From a virus: 64,000 nt of DNA. The notes under the pieces were generated by a model that was not told where the DNA came from, did no database searches, and worked only from the letters and a program-made list of their open reading frames with translations. A program made the position numbers and the translations under genes. Position 1 is the first letter of the stretch. Every line of letters begins with the position of its first letter. This document shows positions 8,282 to 17,494 of this stretch, one piece after another. The stretch is from positions 12,617-76,616 of IMG/VR virus record IMGVR_UViG_3300042876_000313; one strand, written 5' to 3'.

Positions 8282-8993
8282 AATATTCGTGGAACTTAGT
8301 TGCGTTGAATAGGGTTTGAGGTCGGAGATATTCCATCATTTTCTCATCGGTTCCCCAGCGTTTGACTTGCCGGGTTATCATAGCCTTGATTCCATCGACA
8401 TCGCCATTCACTTCTTTGAGCCGGCACATGATCGGCTTAAGGTGGCTGGCGCACTCGTGGTACTGGCGTCCGGCGGTTTCGTTTAGGAAGGCTATGAGGA
8501 TTCGGGCTTTGGCAATATCGTTTTCCGGGATTTGGTCTGGCTCAGATTTCAACTCCAACTCGACAATAGATTCCTTTCCATTCCCTGATCCTTTCCCTGT
8601 TCCATTCCCGCCTGGAACGCTATTGGAAGATTCTTGGAATGTTCTTGGAATGTTCTTGGAATTCTTCACAAGTTCCTCAAGTTTAGACTTTTGCGGTTTG
8701 TCAATTCGTTGGTGCTTCCTAAAATTGATGATTTTACCGACTTCCCGGCCATCTTCAAGCGCAAGCACTTCCAAATAGCCTATGCGGGAAAGCTCTTGGA
8801 TGCTTACGAGAATGTTCTTGGAATCTTCTTGGAATGGAAAAAGGTTCCCCCGGATCAATGCCGGATTGCAGTTGAAGTACCCGGCGTCATCGGCGTAGTT
8901 CAGAAGTGCTAGGGCGAGCAGTCTTGTGAACGGCGGAAGGGCAGACATCAGTTCGTGCTGCCAAAACTCTGGCTTAACGGTTCGGATTCTCAT
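8157..8993 (-). CDS. Phage replication initiator (replisome organiser with conserved phage C-terminal domain)
   Basis: MRIRTVKPEFW...ADDAG N-terminus; C-terminal EYLRPQTLFNATKFHEY; internal iterons. Confidence 0.85.
   Translation of the reverse strand: MRIRTVKPEFWQHELMSALPPFTRLLALALLNYADDAGYFNCNPALIRGNLFPFQEDSKNILVSIQELSRIGYLEVLALEDGREVGKIINFRKHQRIDKPQKSKLEELVKNSKNIPRTFQESSNSVPGGNGTGKGSGNGKESIVELELKSEPDQIPENDIAKARILIAFLNETAGRQYHECASHLKPIMCRLKEVNGDVDGIKAMITRQVKRWGTDEKMMEYLRPQTLFNATKFHEYYANRTMPVHEQTAPNRANRNIGTLNEGLENQYANVGKVVKT
8631..8835. repeat. Iterons of the probable replication origin (TTCTTGGAAT x5)
   Basis: TTCTTGGAAT at 8631, 8642, 8653, 8815 and 8826 (11-bp period) inside the initiator gene, as in lambda O. 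Confidence 0.75.
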
Positions 8994-9760
8994 AGTGATT
9001 CTCCCTTCGCTGAATTGCACGGGCGGCAAAGGGTTTGAAGATTGTCCAGGTCGTTGGTTCCGCCCTTCGACACTGGGATTATGTGGTCAATCGAAAGGCA
9101 GTCCATGCGCTTGCAGATTTTACACCGATGACCGTCGCGCTCAAAAACCTGTTTTCTGAGCCTTGAATCCGCGATGGCTTTATTGGCGGCGTCTCGACAT
9201 GCCTCATATGTGGTTCCGCATTTTTCAGCCAGTTCGCTTTTTACAGTGTTGATCTTCTGCCAAAAAATCTCCATCTTATCAATCGCCATCTGAGCTTCGG
9301 ATGCCTTTTTTAAGAAATCAGACCTAAGCCCAGCCATGAATTTTTCAAGCTCGTTAATCTTAACCCCAAGAGCAATCATTTTGTTCAACTGAGTGTTTTC
9401 GTTGTACCCATGAACATTTGCTGAGAAACCGTCAATGGCTCTAGCAACCACAATGTCTGACGGGCAAAACGACGGGTGGATTTCGCGGTCAGCTAAACGC
9501 TTAAAACAAGGGCCGCAAAGAGGAAGCCGGATGGGAGATTGAAGCCTTACTTGAATGCGAACGATTGAGATTGGCTTTTCAACCATCATAACATCGGGCG
9601 TTGACTTACCGCAATATTGGCACGGAAACCCATGTGATTTATAAACTTTTGTTGATTGCATAAACAAAAAGGCGAACGCCGCGTGATAGACAGCTTTGGG
9701 CAGGAGAGCTTCCCAAAGGACACGCGGCGTTGCGCCAAATTCGTTCATTGCTGTTTGCAT
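8990..9760 (-). CDS. HNH endonuclease with N-terminal Zn-binding/coiled-coil extension (alternative start 9661)
   Basis: VFERDGHRCKIC...IDHIIPVSKGGTNDLDNLQTLCRPCNSAK. Confidence 0.85.
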   Translation of the reverse strand: MQTAMNEFGATPRVLWEALLPKAVYHAAFAFLFMQSTKVYKSHGFPCQYCGKSTPDVMMVEKPISIVRIQVRLQSPIRLPLCGPCFKRLADREIHPSFCPSDIVVARAIDGFSANVHGYNENTQLNKMIALGVKINELEKFMAGLRSDFLKKASEAQMAIDKMEIFWQKINTVKSELAEKCGTTYEACRDAANKAIADSRLRKQVFERDGHRCKICKRMDCLSIDHIIPVSKGGTNDLDNLQTLCRPCNSAKGESL

Positions 9761-9805
9761 GGCTGTCTATTTCCAATGCGTCACCCAAAAAATTCAGGTG
9801 ACGCG
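9666..9805 (-). promoter_or_regulatory. Structured attenuator/antisense-like leader 1
   Basis: Hairpin 9778-9804; loop ATAGACAG (9763-9770) complementary to a bulge (9686-9693) in an 11+7-bp hairpin followed by a U-tract. Confidence 0.55.
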
Positions 9806-9807
9806 CC

Positions 9808-9836
9808 AACATCGCACTTTACCGATAACGTGTCAA
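9808..9836 (-). promoter_or_regulatory. Promoter TTGACA-N17-GATGTT with TTATCGGTAA box in the spacer
   Basis: Read directly; upstream of the HNH/replication genes. Confidence 0.65.
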
Positions 9837-10097
9837 GCTGGATGTTCGGTTGAGTGGTTGGATGGTTGCGGCGCCTGGTAGCCGGTCGTGGGGCTGTACG
9901 GATGTTTGACGAGGCGACCGTCAATTCTGGCCCAGCGGACGGATCGCGGGTGATTGGCGTGCTGTCGGCTCAGTGAGGCGCGGGAACGGGTGGTTTGGTG
10001 GGTGGTCATGGCTTCTGGGTCTTTCTTCGCCGGGTGGACGGTTTCCAGGTGATCCTGACGCCGGCACGTTTCAGGCTTTTGAGCGACTTCGCGGGCT

Positions 10098-10328
10098 TCA
10101 TGTGATTTGGTCGAGCGTACCCCCGGCGTCGAGGAACTGTTGCAGGGGGATTTCGGTTTTGGTTGCGTGGATTTGGACACGGACTCGGGTGATGTCTAGC
10201 AGCCACATCTCGCCGTTGGGTACGGTTCCGCAGACCAGGCTTTTGGTCAGGGCCGGGAAGTTTGGCCGGCGCAGGCACTTGACTGCCAGATCGGGCAACT
10301 GGTCGCGGTGGTAGGTGGCGGTTATCAT
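10098..10328 (-). CDS. Hypothetical protein
   Basis: Start MITATYH by ATGA coupling. Confidence 0.55.
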   Translation of the reverse strand: MITATYHRDQLPDLAVKCLRRPNFPALTKSLVCGTVPNGEMWLLDITRVRVQIHATKTEIPLQQFLDAGGTLDQIT

Positions 10329-10588
10329 GGATGGGTGGCCTCCTTGTTTTCGAGGGCGGCATCGGCCATGCGAATTGCTTGCCAATAATCCGCGTCCCCG
10401 GTTTCAACTCTGTCCTCTGAATGATTTTTCAAATTTAGCATGACTTCCCGCAGATACCTGCACTCCTTTTCCTTGTCGGCCAGCGCGGCTTCGAGGCGTT
10501 CGATTTCGGCGGCGGCTTCAAGGCAGACGTTTGGCGACGAGTATTTAAGCCAAGCGACGGTTTTCAGTTTGTCAGCGTGTGTGTTCAC
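10325..10588 (-). CDS. Hypothetical phage protein
   Basis: EAAAEIERLE coiled-coil motif common in phage early genes. Confidence 0.65.
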   Translation of the reverse strand: MNTHADKLKTVAWLKYSSPNVCLEAAAEIERLEAALADKEKECRYLREVMLNLKNHSEDRVETGDADYWQAIRMADAALENKEATHP

Positions 10589-10767
10589 TTCCTCACTCCT
10601 TTCTTTTTGGGTTGGTGGCAGCGGCAGGTCTTTCCCTCACTTGGAAACATTCCAGCCCGATATGCAAGCGCCCCATCCACAGAATCGGGTGTTGGTACGT
10701 TGCACGACCCAGGCCATCCTTTGTCTCTTGGTTTAGTAAACCACTTGCACGTCTTGCAGGTTTTCAT
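10585..10767 (-). CDS. Cys-rich small protein
   Basis: MKTCKTCKWF...C...C..H. Confidence 0.6.
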   Translation of the reverse strand: MKTCKTCKWFTKPRDKGWPGSCNVPTPDSVDGALAYRAGMFPSEGKTCRCHQPKKKGVRK

Positions 10768-11117
10768 TCTTCCCTCCACAGGTTTAGCGTTTTCAAAAGT
10801 GCCTCGCAGCGTTGTGGGGCGGTGGCGGTCAACAGTTCACCGGCCATTGGCCATGTCATTTTGTTGAAATATCCCGGCTCGACTTCATGGATTAGTGAAA
10901 TCAACTCGTCAACGTAACGCTCAAAAACGTCTTGGGTGAGTTTCTTCTCCGCCTCATGCACCGCGTTCAGGTCGGCGTGGTAGTTGGGATGCTCACATTC
11001 AGATTCTGTTGCTTGTCCTTCCCAAACCCAAACAAACTCGTCGGGATAATCTGAATCTGGAATCTGTTTCCACCCGCACCACTCCGCGATGGCGATGTTT
11101 TGTTGTTCTGGTGTCAT
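10764..11117 (-). CDS. Phage ABA-sandwich-like protein
   Basis: NIAIAEWCGW...PNYHADLNA...ATAPQRCEALL. Confidence 0.6.
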   Translation of the reverse strand: MTPEQQNIAIAEWCGWKQIPDSDYPDEFVWVWEGQATESECEHPNYHADLNAVHEAEKKLTQDVFERYVDELISLIHEVEPGYFNKMTWPMAGELLTATAPQRCEALLKTLNLWREE

Positions 11118-11500
11118 GCTACCTCCTTAATCCGCTTGCCGCAGTAGGGGCAGAACGGGCGTTCGCTGTTTGTCTCAAGCGTTGTTTCCATTCCACATGT
11201 CGTATCAGATACGATGCAACCAAGCTTGGTTCTCCACTCGCAAAACTCGGAGGCGGAGAGTTCGGCAAGGAGGGCGTCGGCGGATTTAACGCAATGCTCG
11301 CTAATGTTTCCATAGTGAACATCGGTTATGTTCACCATGTTCATTGACGCATACCATCCCTGCATCGACATCGCCGCGAGCAGTTCGCGTTTGGTGAGGC
11401 CGAGGCTTGCTGGTTCCCATCCTTGCTCCCACTGTCCAGTTGAGTCTCGTTGTTGTCCGTGCTGTTCAGGCACGGGATAAGCTGGTTCGTTCGGGTTCAT
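11114..11500 (-). CDS. Conserved phage protein with C-terminal Zn ribbon
   Basis: PAYP...GLTKRELLAAMSMQG; FCPYCGKRI. Confidence 0.7.
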   Translation of the reverse strand: MNPNEPAYPVPEQHGQQRDSTGQWEQGWEPASLGLTKRELLAAMSMQGWYASMNMVNITDVHYGNISEHCVKSADALLAELSASEFCEWRTKLGCIVSDTTCGMETTLETNSERPFCPYCGKRIKEVA

Positions 11501-11727
11501 ATTTGGTTTCCTTTCTTAAAGTCGGCGCGGTTGTCAGCCGCCGCCAGTTTCCGTTCGTGGTCGGACTCGTCGGGTTCAGGATACCACTCTGCGGCGTATT
11601 GCAGCTTGTGCAATCCAACTTCGATAGCGTTCAACATTTCGATTTGTTCGCTGCGAGACTGGTCTTTAACAAGCAGTTCGATTTCGTGCAGCATTTCCTT
11701 GACGGACGTTGCGTTTGTATGGGTCAT
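11497..11727 (-). CDS. Hypothetical protein
   Basis: Coupled ORF. Confidence 0.55.
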   Translation of the reverse strand: MTHTNATSVKEMLHEIELLVKDQSRSEQIEMLNAIEVGLHKLQYAAEWYPEPDESDHERKLAAADNRADFKKGNQI

Positions 11728-12350
11728 GGCTTAATCCTCCTGAATTCCACCACCCACACCCAAGGATTCGCGTTCCACGAGCCGGGGCCGTTGATGGATT
11801 CCCAAAGTATTTCATAAAGCTGCTTATCTGTAAGCGTTTCGTCAAAGTCTCCGCACGCACCACTCCATTCATCGCGGACGCTCGAAATGCCTTCCGCTCG
11901 CGCATCCGCCTCGCTTATTTCCCGCAACCGCTCGACACGCACGCCGGTTATTTCCAGCGTGATCCTGGAGGCCCAGCGCGGCATGAAGATTGAGGGGCGC
12001 AATCGTTCCTCGGTTTTTGGACGCGGCCTGAGCGGGTTATTCTCGCTCTGGTCGTCGGTTGCGGCGTAGCAGATTCCCCAGCCTTCGCCCATTGCTTCCT
12101 TGGTTGGCTTAGGGTGTGGCGATGAGTATTCTGAAAACCAGAAGGTTTCTTTCACCCAAATCTGGTCGCCGGGTTGTCCGCAGGGGCATTTGATTACCGA
12201 AACCCCATCAGACCACATGTTGCGCCTCTCGAATCCGCAAACCATCCCCGCGACTGGCTGCGGCTTGATAATCCGACGCGTCTGCGATTTGCTGCCGCCC
12301 AGAATCGCTCGTACCATCGGGCCGCTGAATAAAATCGGACGTGATTTCAT
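11724..12350 (-). CDS. ASCH/PUA-like phage protein
   Basis: RPILFSGPMVRAILGGSKSQTRR...PSIFMPRWASRITLEITGVRVERL...NPWVWVVEF. Confidence 0.8.
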   Translation of the reverse strand: MKSRPILFSGPMVRAILGGSKSQTRRIIKPQPVAGMVCGFERRNMWSDGVSVIKCPCGQPGDQIWVKETFWFSEYSSPHPKPTKEAMGEGWGICYAATDDQSENNPLRPRPKTEERLRPSIFMPRWASRITLEITGVRVERLREISEADARAEGISSVRDEWSGACGDFDETLTDKQLYEILWESINGPGSWNANPWVWVVEFRRIKP

Positions 12351-12617
12351 TTCGGTTCCTCCGTCACGGTGAACGGTTTCCCCGGCGGCACGTCTGCCGG
12401 GCATAATGGTTGTTTGGTTTTCATCACACGTACCTTTCCAAGAATTTCGGCAGCGGGATACCAGCGCGTGCGGGTCTGGTTTTGTCCCGGTGACGAAGGA
12501 TTTCAAGTTTCCGAGCGGTCTGCTGAACGCGCATTTGCTCGGCCATCTGTCCGCGTGACAGGATGTAATCGGCGGTGGCCATTATGGCGACCATGTATTT
12601 GGTTGATTTCATAAGCA

Positions 12618-12977
12618 CTAGAACGGAACGCTAGACCCCTCTGGATCGCTCCCAGGATTGAACCCATCGGGATTCGCGGGATCACCCAGCGGAACAGCCG
12701 GCGCAGTTCTCGGCGGTACTGACGGTTGAGACGACATCCGGTTTGACGGTTGACTGGCTGGTTGCGGAGACTGCCTTGGTTGGCCTTGTGGGGCGTCCTT
12801 GCGACGGAACCGCAAACCAAACCTCGGCCCTCTGCCTGGCTGATTCTCCCAGCAATCAACCCAGTATTGGACGCCACCGATCAAAGCAGAGCCTTGGTAT
12901 TGCGAGTCCTGCTTACCTTCCCGCATACGAGTGTTCGGGAACAGCGATCCACTGTCAGGTTTTTGTTCGTAAGCCAT
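12618..12977 (-). CDS. Putative single-stranded DNA-binding protein
   Basis: SGSLFPN...YQGSALIGG..YW..W OB-fold-like core, P/Q linker, terminal PF; next to recombination genes. Confidence 0.65.
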   Translation of the reverse strand: MAYEQKPDSGSLFPNTRMREGKQDSQYQGSALIGGVQYWVDCWENQPGRGPRFGLRFRRKDAPQGQPRQSPQPASQPSNRMSSQPSVPPRTAPAVPLGDPANPDGFNPGSDPEGSSVPF

Positions 12978-12978
12978 A

Positions 12979-13908
12979 TTATTTCAACATCCACATTTCA
13001 GGTTGAACCGGAGTCCATCCATCAATCAGTCCGTTGGTATCGTACCCCGGCCATTCGTTTTTCTCAAGGCACCGGGCGTACCGGGCGAGAGCCAACTGGT
13101 ATTCCACCCGGCCAATCGAGATGAATGAGGCCATGTCATCCTCACAATCGGACATGGTTCGGCGCCCAACTTCAAACGGTGCTTCGGACTCTTGGATTAG
13201 GTGGCGGAACTCTACCCGATCTTCGCCCGTCGCGGCCCGGTAAACGTCCAGGTACATGGCCCCTTGGTTGTGGTATCCCCACTTTTTAACCTCACGACCC
13301 CATGCTGAGTGCGATGCGTTGGTTCCAGTTTTAAAGTCGGCCAGAATTTTTCCAAGCTTTCCGTGCGCCTTGTCAGGCACCAGGTCAATCAGAATTTTAA
13401 CCGGGACGACGATGCCCGTTTCGTCATCCCTGTAATCCGCCGTACAAAACACTTGATGCTTTGACGAATTAACGGCATCAGAATTGATCGGGTCGCTCAT
13501 CAAAATCTCAATAGCATCGCTGGCAGCGTCAAAAACGTCGCGCTTTACTACCATTCTCCCAGCGTCCTTCTGTTGCTGGTTCCATTCCCGGCAGACCTTG
13601 GCATTATTGTTCCAATCCTTTTCCTCACTCTTTTCATTGGTGTAGGTTTCGGGCGTGATGGCGATCTTCGATTTAACCAAATGCGGTTGGAGCAGCATCA
13701 TGTCGCACAACGCACCCCAATCCTTGCAATCCGAATCGTCCTCATGGAAACCGGCGATCCACTTGTGCGGGTTACGGGAGAAGATTTGGAGTTCTGACCG
13801 GGACATGACGAATTTTGGATCGCCGCGCCGAAACTGGCTGTTGTGATAGACGCTCGGCTCAGTGTTCTCGCTGACGACCTTCGCGTTGGTGAATGGATTT
13901 TTGGTCAT
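12979..13908 (-). CDS. RecE/exonuclease VIII-like PD-(D/E)XK nuclease
   Basis: YH..., SRSEL, KILID, ADFKT, YHNQGAMY, QESEAPF, WPGY. Confidence 0.8.
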   Translation of the reverse strand: MTKNPFTNAKVVSENTEPSVYHNSQFRRGDPKFVMSRSELQIFSRNPHKWIAGFHEDDSDCKDWGALCDMMLLQPHLVKSKIAITPETYTNEKSEEKDWNNNAKVCREWNQQQKDAGRMVVKRDVFDAASDAIEILMSDPINSDAVNSSKHQVFCTADYRDDETGIVVPVKILIDLVPDKAHGKLGKILADFKTGTNASHSAWGREVKKWGYHNQGAMYLDVYRAATGEDRVEFRHLIQESEAPFEVGRRTMSDCEDDMASFISIGRVEYQLALARYARCLEKNEWPGYDTNGLIDGWTPVQPEMWMLK

Positions 13909-13912
13909 ATCG

Positions 13913-14191
13913 TTAGTTTTCCAACTTCACCAGTTTATAACCGGATGCAGCGGCTTCTTTTTCGAGCTTTTCCAGCGGGTCATTCGCCATGTAATTTTTG
14001 ATCGCCTCGCTGATGGCTGAATCCAAATCACGATTCGCCGAACTTCCACGATGACGCGCCATCACGTTTCCAATGTGACAGTGATACCAAACACCGTCAC
14101 TTTGAACGTCAAGTTTAACAGCGCACTCGACTCCAAACTTAGCTTGAAGTGCGCTCGCCTTTTCAGTCAGTATCTTGATTGCATTTTCCAT
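13913..14191 (-). CDS. Hypothetical protein
   Basis: ORF in operon. Confidence 0.6.
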   Translation of the reverse strand: MENAIKILTEKASALQAKFGVECAVKLDVQSDGVWYHCHIGNVMARHRGSSANRDLDSAISEAIKNYMANDPLEKLEKEAAASGYKLVKLEN

Positions 14192-14195
14192 AATT

Positions 14196-15182
14196 CTACG
14201 CTTTCGGCAGCAGTGGTGCCGCCTTGATGATGAGTTCTTCGATTTCCGGTTCCGTCAATTCTTCCATCGGCTTGGTGAACAGGTTGACGAATTTCAACCA
14301 TTCCACCAGCGCGTCCTTCTTGCCTTCATGGACGATTTCCGTCAACTCCCACAGGCGTTTCTTCGCTGCGGCGATGGTGTTCTTGGGGGCCGGGGTAGCC
14401 ACCGGACTTCCCGGAAGCCAACCCGGTTGCAGGCACCATTGCCGCAGAAGCTCGCCGTGCTTGATACTGATTCGCTCACCGCCAGCCGCCAGCAGTTTCG
14501 GGATGCTGTGATGGGTTTTCTTGCAGAACTTCGACGACAGGCTGAAATATCCACCGTCACCTTCGCGGGCCTCGATCTCCGCAGCGAACAGCATCTCAAA
14601 AATCAGTTCGTTGTCCTGAATGGCCGATGCCGCATCGTCAACGCCGACAACCGTTTTCCCGCCTTCTTTTCCCATGTGGAACTTTTCCTTGGCACGAAGG
14701 CACAGGATGATTGGCATTGGCGACCGGATGATTTCGTTGATGAACATCATGTGGGTCTTGGGCTTGACGCGGGCGGCAGCGGCCCCGGCGCACATATCGC
14801 GCTTGCGCCAATCGTCACCGCACATGCGTTGAAGCTCCTGCTCCTTCAAATCCAGGTAGCCACCTTCTCCGCCCCATTCGTGCGTGGCCGAATCAATCAC
14901 CAACGCTCTCACGCCTTCTTCGTGGGCTGCCCTGATTTTCTTGACGTACTCAATCGGGTGGAACGGCGGATCGAAGTCGTGAACCATGTAGCCGCCGGGG
15001 ATGTCGTTCTTGTAAATGCTGCCACGGCGGTTCTCGGTGTCAATTAAACCGATCTTACCATCCGGCCCCGCGATGCCACGGGCCAGCAAAAGGGCTGAGT
15101 AGGTTTTACCACTGCCGGACTTTCCGAAGAATCCGACCACCGGCTTGAACGGTTCCGATGTTGGTTGGCTAAATATGCTCAT
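14196..15182 (-). CDS. AAA_24 / Sak4-like single-strand annealing ATPase
   Basis: GKSGSGKTYSAL, IDTE, LVIDSATHEW; adjacent to exonuclease and SSB. Confidence 0.8.
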   Translation of the reverse strand: MSIFSQPTSEPFKPVVGFFGKSGSGKTYSALLLARGIAGPDGKIGLIDTENRRGSIYKNDIPGGYMVHDFDPPFHPIEYVKKIRAAHEEGVRALVIDSATHEWGGEGGYLDLKEQELQRMCGDDWRKRDMCAGAAAARVKPKTHMMFINEIIRSPMPIILCLRAKEKFHMGKEGGKTVVGVDDAASAIQDNELIFEMLFAAEIEAREGDGGYFSLSSKFCKKTHHSIPKLLAAGGERISIKHGELLRQWCLQPGWLPGSPVATPAPKNTIAAAKKRLWELTEIVHEGKKDALVEWLKFVNLFTKPMEELTEPEIEELIIKAAPLLPKA

Positions 15183-15201
15183 TTGAATGTTTCGTCGTTA
15201 C

Positions 15202-15236
15202 GTATTACAAATATTACAAGTGTTACGCGATTGCAA
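15202..15236 (-). promoter_or_regulatory. Promoter-like site TTGCAA...TGTAATATTTGTAATAC
   Basis: Same motif and register as 41153-41187; upstream of the recombination genes. Confidence 0.55.
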
Positions 15237-15245
15237 GAACTATTT

Positions 15246-15461
15246 TCAACTATTTTGTTTGGGGATTCCATCGTTCCAGCACGGGCAGTTTTGGCCGTCG
15301 TACTGCCAGATTCCAGAGCGCGAAACAACAATACGGTCGCACTCAGGAACAACCATAACCCCGTTAATGTACGTGCAATCTCCTGAAATCGTGGTCTTGA
15401 TATTTCCCTTGCGAGTTAATTGCCATTTCGCGTGGCAACAAGTTTTGCAGCATTTATTCAT
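15246..15461 (-). CDS. Cys-rich hypothetical protein
   Basis: CKTC...GDC...CPCW. Confidence 0.55.
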   Translation of the reverse strand: MNKCCKTCCHAKWQLTRKGNIKTTISGDCTYINGVMVVPECDRIVVSRSGIWQYDGQNCPCWNDGIPKQNS

Positions 15462-15895
15462 AGCAGTTTCCTCATCTCGCGCACCAGCCGGCCAATGCGG
15501 CGTTCGGCTGATTTACCTCCCGCGTCATCGTGCTTCGATTTGATCGTCAGGGGATCGCCGCCGTCAACCGATTTGCCTTCCTCGACGGCCTTCTGGTCAA
15601 CTAGCAGCGGGACGAGTTCGCCAGCGAGTTCGGCCATTTTGTTGTGGGTTTGAAGGAGCGGCCAATGGGTTATCAAAACGAGTTTCATCTTGGCCGGGGC
15701 CGGGATGACCACGCAGCCGTCCCACTCAAAGTACGGAGGAATGGTTTCCCATTTCTGCCCCATCAGGTTCATGGCCTGAGCGAACATCTCATCGTAAGCC
15801 TCCTGCTGAATCAGGCAGATGTTGGGTTGCTTGCCGTCCAGGTGCATTTTAATATTCACCAAGGCGAGTCGGAATTGTTCGAGCATCAAGTTCAT
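15458..15895 (-). CDS. Hypothetical protein
   Basis: Coupled ORF. Confidence 0.6.
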   Translation of the reverse strand: MNLMLEQFRLALVNIKMHLDGKQPNICLIQQEAYDEMFAQAMNLMGQKWETIPPYFEWDGCVVIPAPAKMKLVLITHWPLLQTHNKMAELAGELVPLLVDQKAVEEGKSVDGGDPLTIKSKHDDAGGKSAERRIGRLVREMRKLL

Positions 15896-15898
15896 AAA

Positions 15899-16114
15899 TT
15901 AAAATCCTCGGTCAGCTTTACGTTGTTCTTTGGCTGCTTTTTCTTCGGCATACCGCCGGTTTCTCGAAGCGGTCTTTGAGTCGCACGGGGAATGACCAGC
16001 GCATCCATGCTCCACCGTCCAGATGCCCATAATCGCAGCGGCTTTCTGGTTTGGAACTTCGCCCTTCCATTGCGCCCCACAAGTGCAGTTCAAGTCGAGT
16101 TTCATAGTCTCCAT
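15899..16114 (-). CDS. Small putative Zn-binding protein
   Basis: CTCG...H..GH. Confidence 0.5.
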   Translation of the reverse strand: METMKLDLNCTCGAQWKGEVPNQKAAAIMGIWTVEHGCAGHSPCDSKTASRNRRYAEEKAAKEQRKADRGF

Positions 16115-16347
16115 TTCCTACCGCTGTAATGGACGTGCTTCACCGTGGCGATGGCGCGGTTTGCACCTTCCAACATCCATTGTCGTTTTGCTTGAACATC
16201 TGGGCCGACAGATTCCAGACATTCAGCCATCATGTCCGCTTGAAGATTAGCCAACTGGCCCAATACGAATTTCCGGTAATAAGCCAGCCGCTTGGTCTTG
16301 TGCTTGAGCGCGGGCGGGATCGGGATGGTTTTCAGGTTTGGGTTCAT
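16102..16347 (-). CDS. Hypothetical protein
   Basis: Start MNPNLK by ATGA coupling. Confidence 0.5.
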   Translation of the reverse strand: MNPNLKTIPIPPALKHKTKRLAYYRKFVLGQLANLQADMMAECLESVGPDVQAKRQWMLEGANRAIATVKHVHYSGRKWRL

Positions 16348-16565
16348 AGTTTCAATTTGTAACACCCCGACTTGCAGGCCGCAATCCAGCGGGCGCGTTC
16401 GGCGGGGTTTTTGAAGGTGGTCGTTTCAATCGCCTTGCCATCGTCCCATTGGGTGATGTGCTGCTCGGTGATGTGAAATTCCCGGTGAACGTCAACACCC
16501 GGCCCGCCGTGGTCGCGGATGACTTTCTGGAAAACCAGACGGGCGGGTGTGACTTCGATGCTCAT
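16344..16565 (-). CDS. Hypothetical protein
   Basis: Start MSIEVTP by ATGA coupling. Confidence 0.55.
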   Translation of the reverse strand: MSIEVTPARLVFQKVIRDHGGPGVDVHREFHITEQHITQWDDGKAIETTTFKNPAERARWIAACKSGCYKLKL

Positions 16566-17020
16566 ATTTCTCCAATGGTTATCGTGCATCCGGCAGCACC
16601 GCACGCGCAACCTGTCCCGCAGGAAAGCGGAATCGCTTTGACGTAACTTTTACTGACCCGCAGCACGGCCACCTGAGAATCGTCCTTCCAGATTCCCAGA
16701 TTCGTGAGCGCGTCCATGATCGCCTTGGCGAGGTTGTCAGCGTCAGGCCGGCCAACGTGATGGTTCGGTGCCGTAGCCTTCAATCCCTTTCGGTTGAAAT
16801 GGTCTTTCGGCCTTGGCATGGAGAATTGGAGTGTCAGCGACACCGGGCCTTCCCACGGCTGACCGTCCCATCGCGCCTTCACTTCCTGCCGCACGATGCC
16901 CTTCCATTCCTCGGCGGTGCCAGGGTCATAGACGCCCGCATGGTTTCCCCGCGAGAAAGCCTTGGGGCGCGGTTGCCCTTTCGGCTTTCCAGCGACGAAC
17001 ACTTCGAGGGTCGGTTTCAC
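16562..17020 (-). CDS. rusA: RusA-family Holliday junction resolvase
   Basis: GKPKGQPRP...RPDADNLAKAIMDALT..IWKDDSQV. Confidence 0.9.
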   Translation of the reverse strand: MKPTLEVFVAGKPKGQPRPKAFSRGNHAGVYDPGTAEEWKGIVRQEVKARWDGQPWEGPVSLTLQFSMPRPKDHFNRKGLKATAPNHHVGRPDADNLAKAIMDALTNLGIWKDDSQVAVLRVSKSYVKAIPLSCGTGCACGAAGCTITIGEI

Positions 17021-17304
17021 GCCCCCGCCTCCGGTTCCAGCGGGAGTTTGATTTGGTCGGGGTCATCCACCAACACCGAATCGTCAACCTCGTCGGTGAA
17101 CTTTCGGGAGTACGCGAGGCTGGTGGTGGCATGAACGCGATCCTTGACGGCCTTCAACTTGACCGATAGCGAGACGTTCAGTTTTCCTTCGGGGTTCTCG
17201 TACAGTTCAGTGGTGATGGCGTCAGCGTTTTGCGCCAGCAAATCCTGAACTTCGCCCTGAATGAGCGTTCGGATTTTCTCCGACATGTCGAATTTATTAC
17301 TCAT
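17017..17304 (-). CDS. Hypothetical protein
   Basis: ORF ending DPDQIKLPLE (clamp-binding-like QxxL.L). Confidence 0.6.
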   Translation of the reverse strand: MSNKFDMSEKIRTLIQGEVQDLLAQNADAITTELYENPEGKLNVSLSVKLKAVKDRVHATTSLAYSRKFTDEVDDSVLVDDPDQIKLPLEPEAGA

Positions 17305-17492
17305 GGTGTTGTGTTTTTGTTTTGGTTATCGTCCGGTGCAATGTCCGTTACGAAATTGATTAACATGCCCATGCGAGCGTGATAAACTTCCTCGTTCTCA
17401 GCGATTGAATACCCCGACTTGTTCTTCATCCAGTCCATTGCGAAACGGATCAGTTCATCGCGGGAGAAGTATTTTCTCAACGGTTCAGGCAT
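17301..17492 (-). CDS. Hypothetical protein
   Basis: First gene after structured leader 2. Confidence 0.55.
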   Translation of the reverse strand: MPEPLRKYFSRDELIRFAMDWMKNKSGYSIAENEEVYHARMGMLINFVTDIAPDDNQNKNTTP

Positions 17493-17494
17493 AA

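Noticed and set aside
8990-9760. HNH plus methyltransferase as a restriction-modification pair
   Set aside because: Not adjacent; a C-terminal HNH next to replication genes is a common phage arrangement
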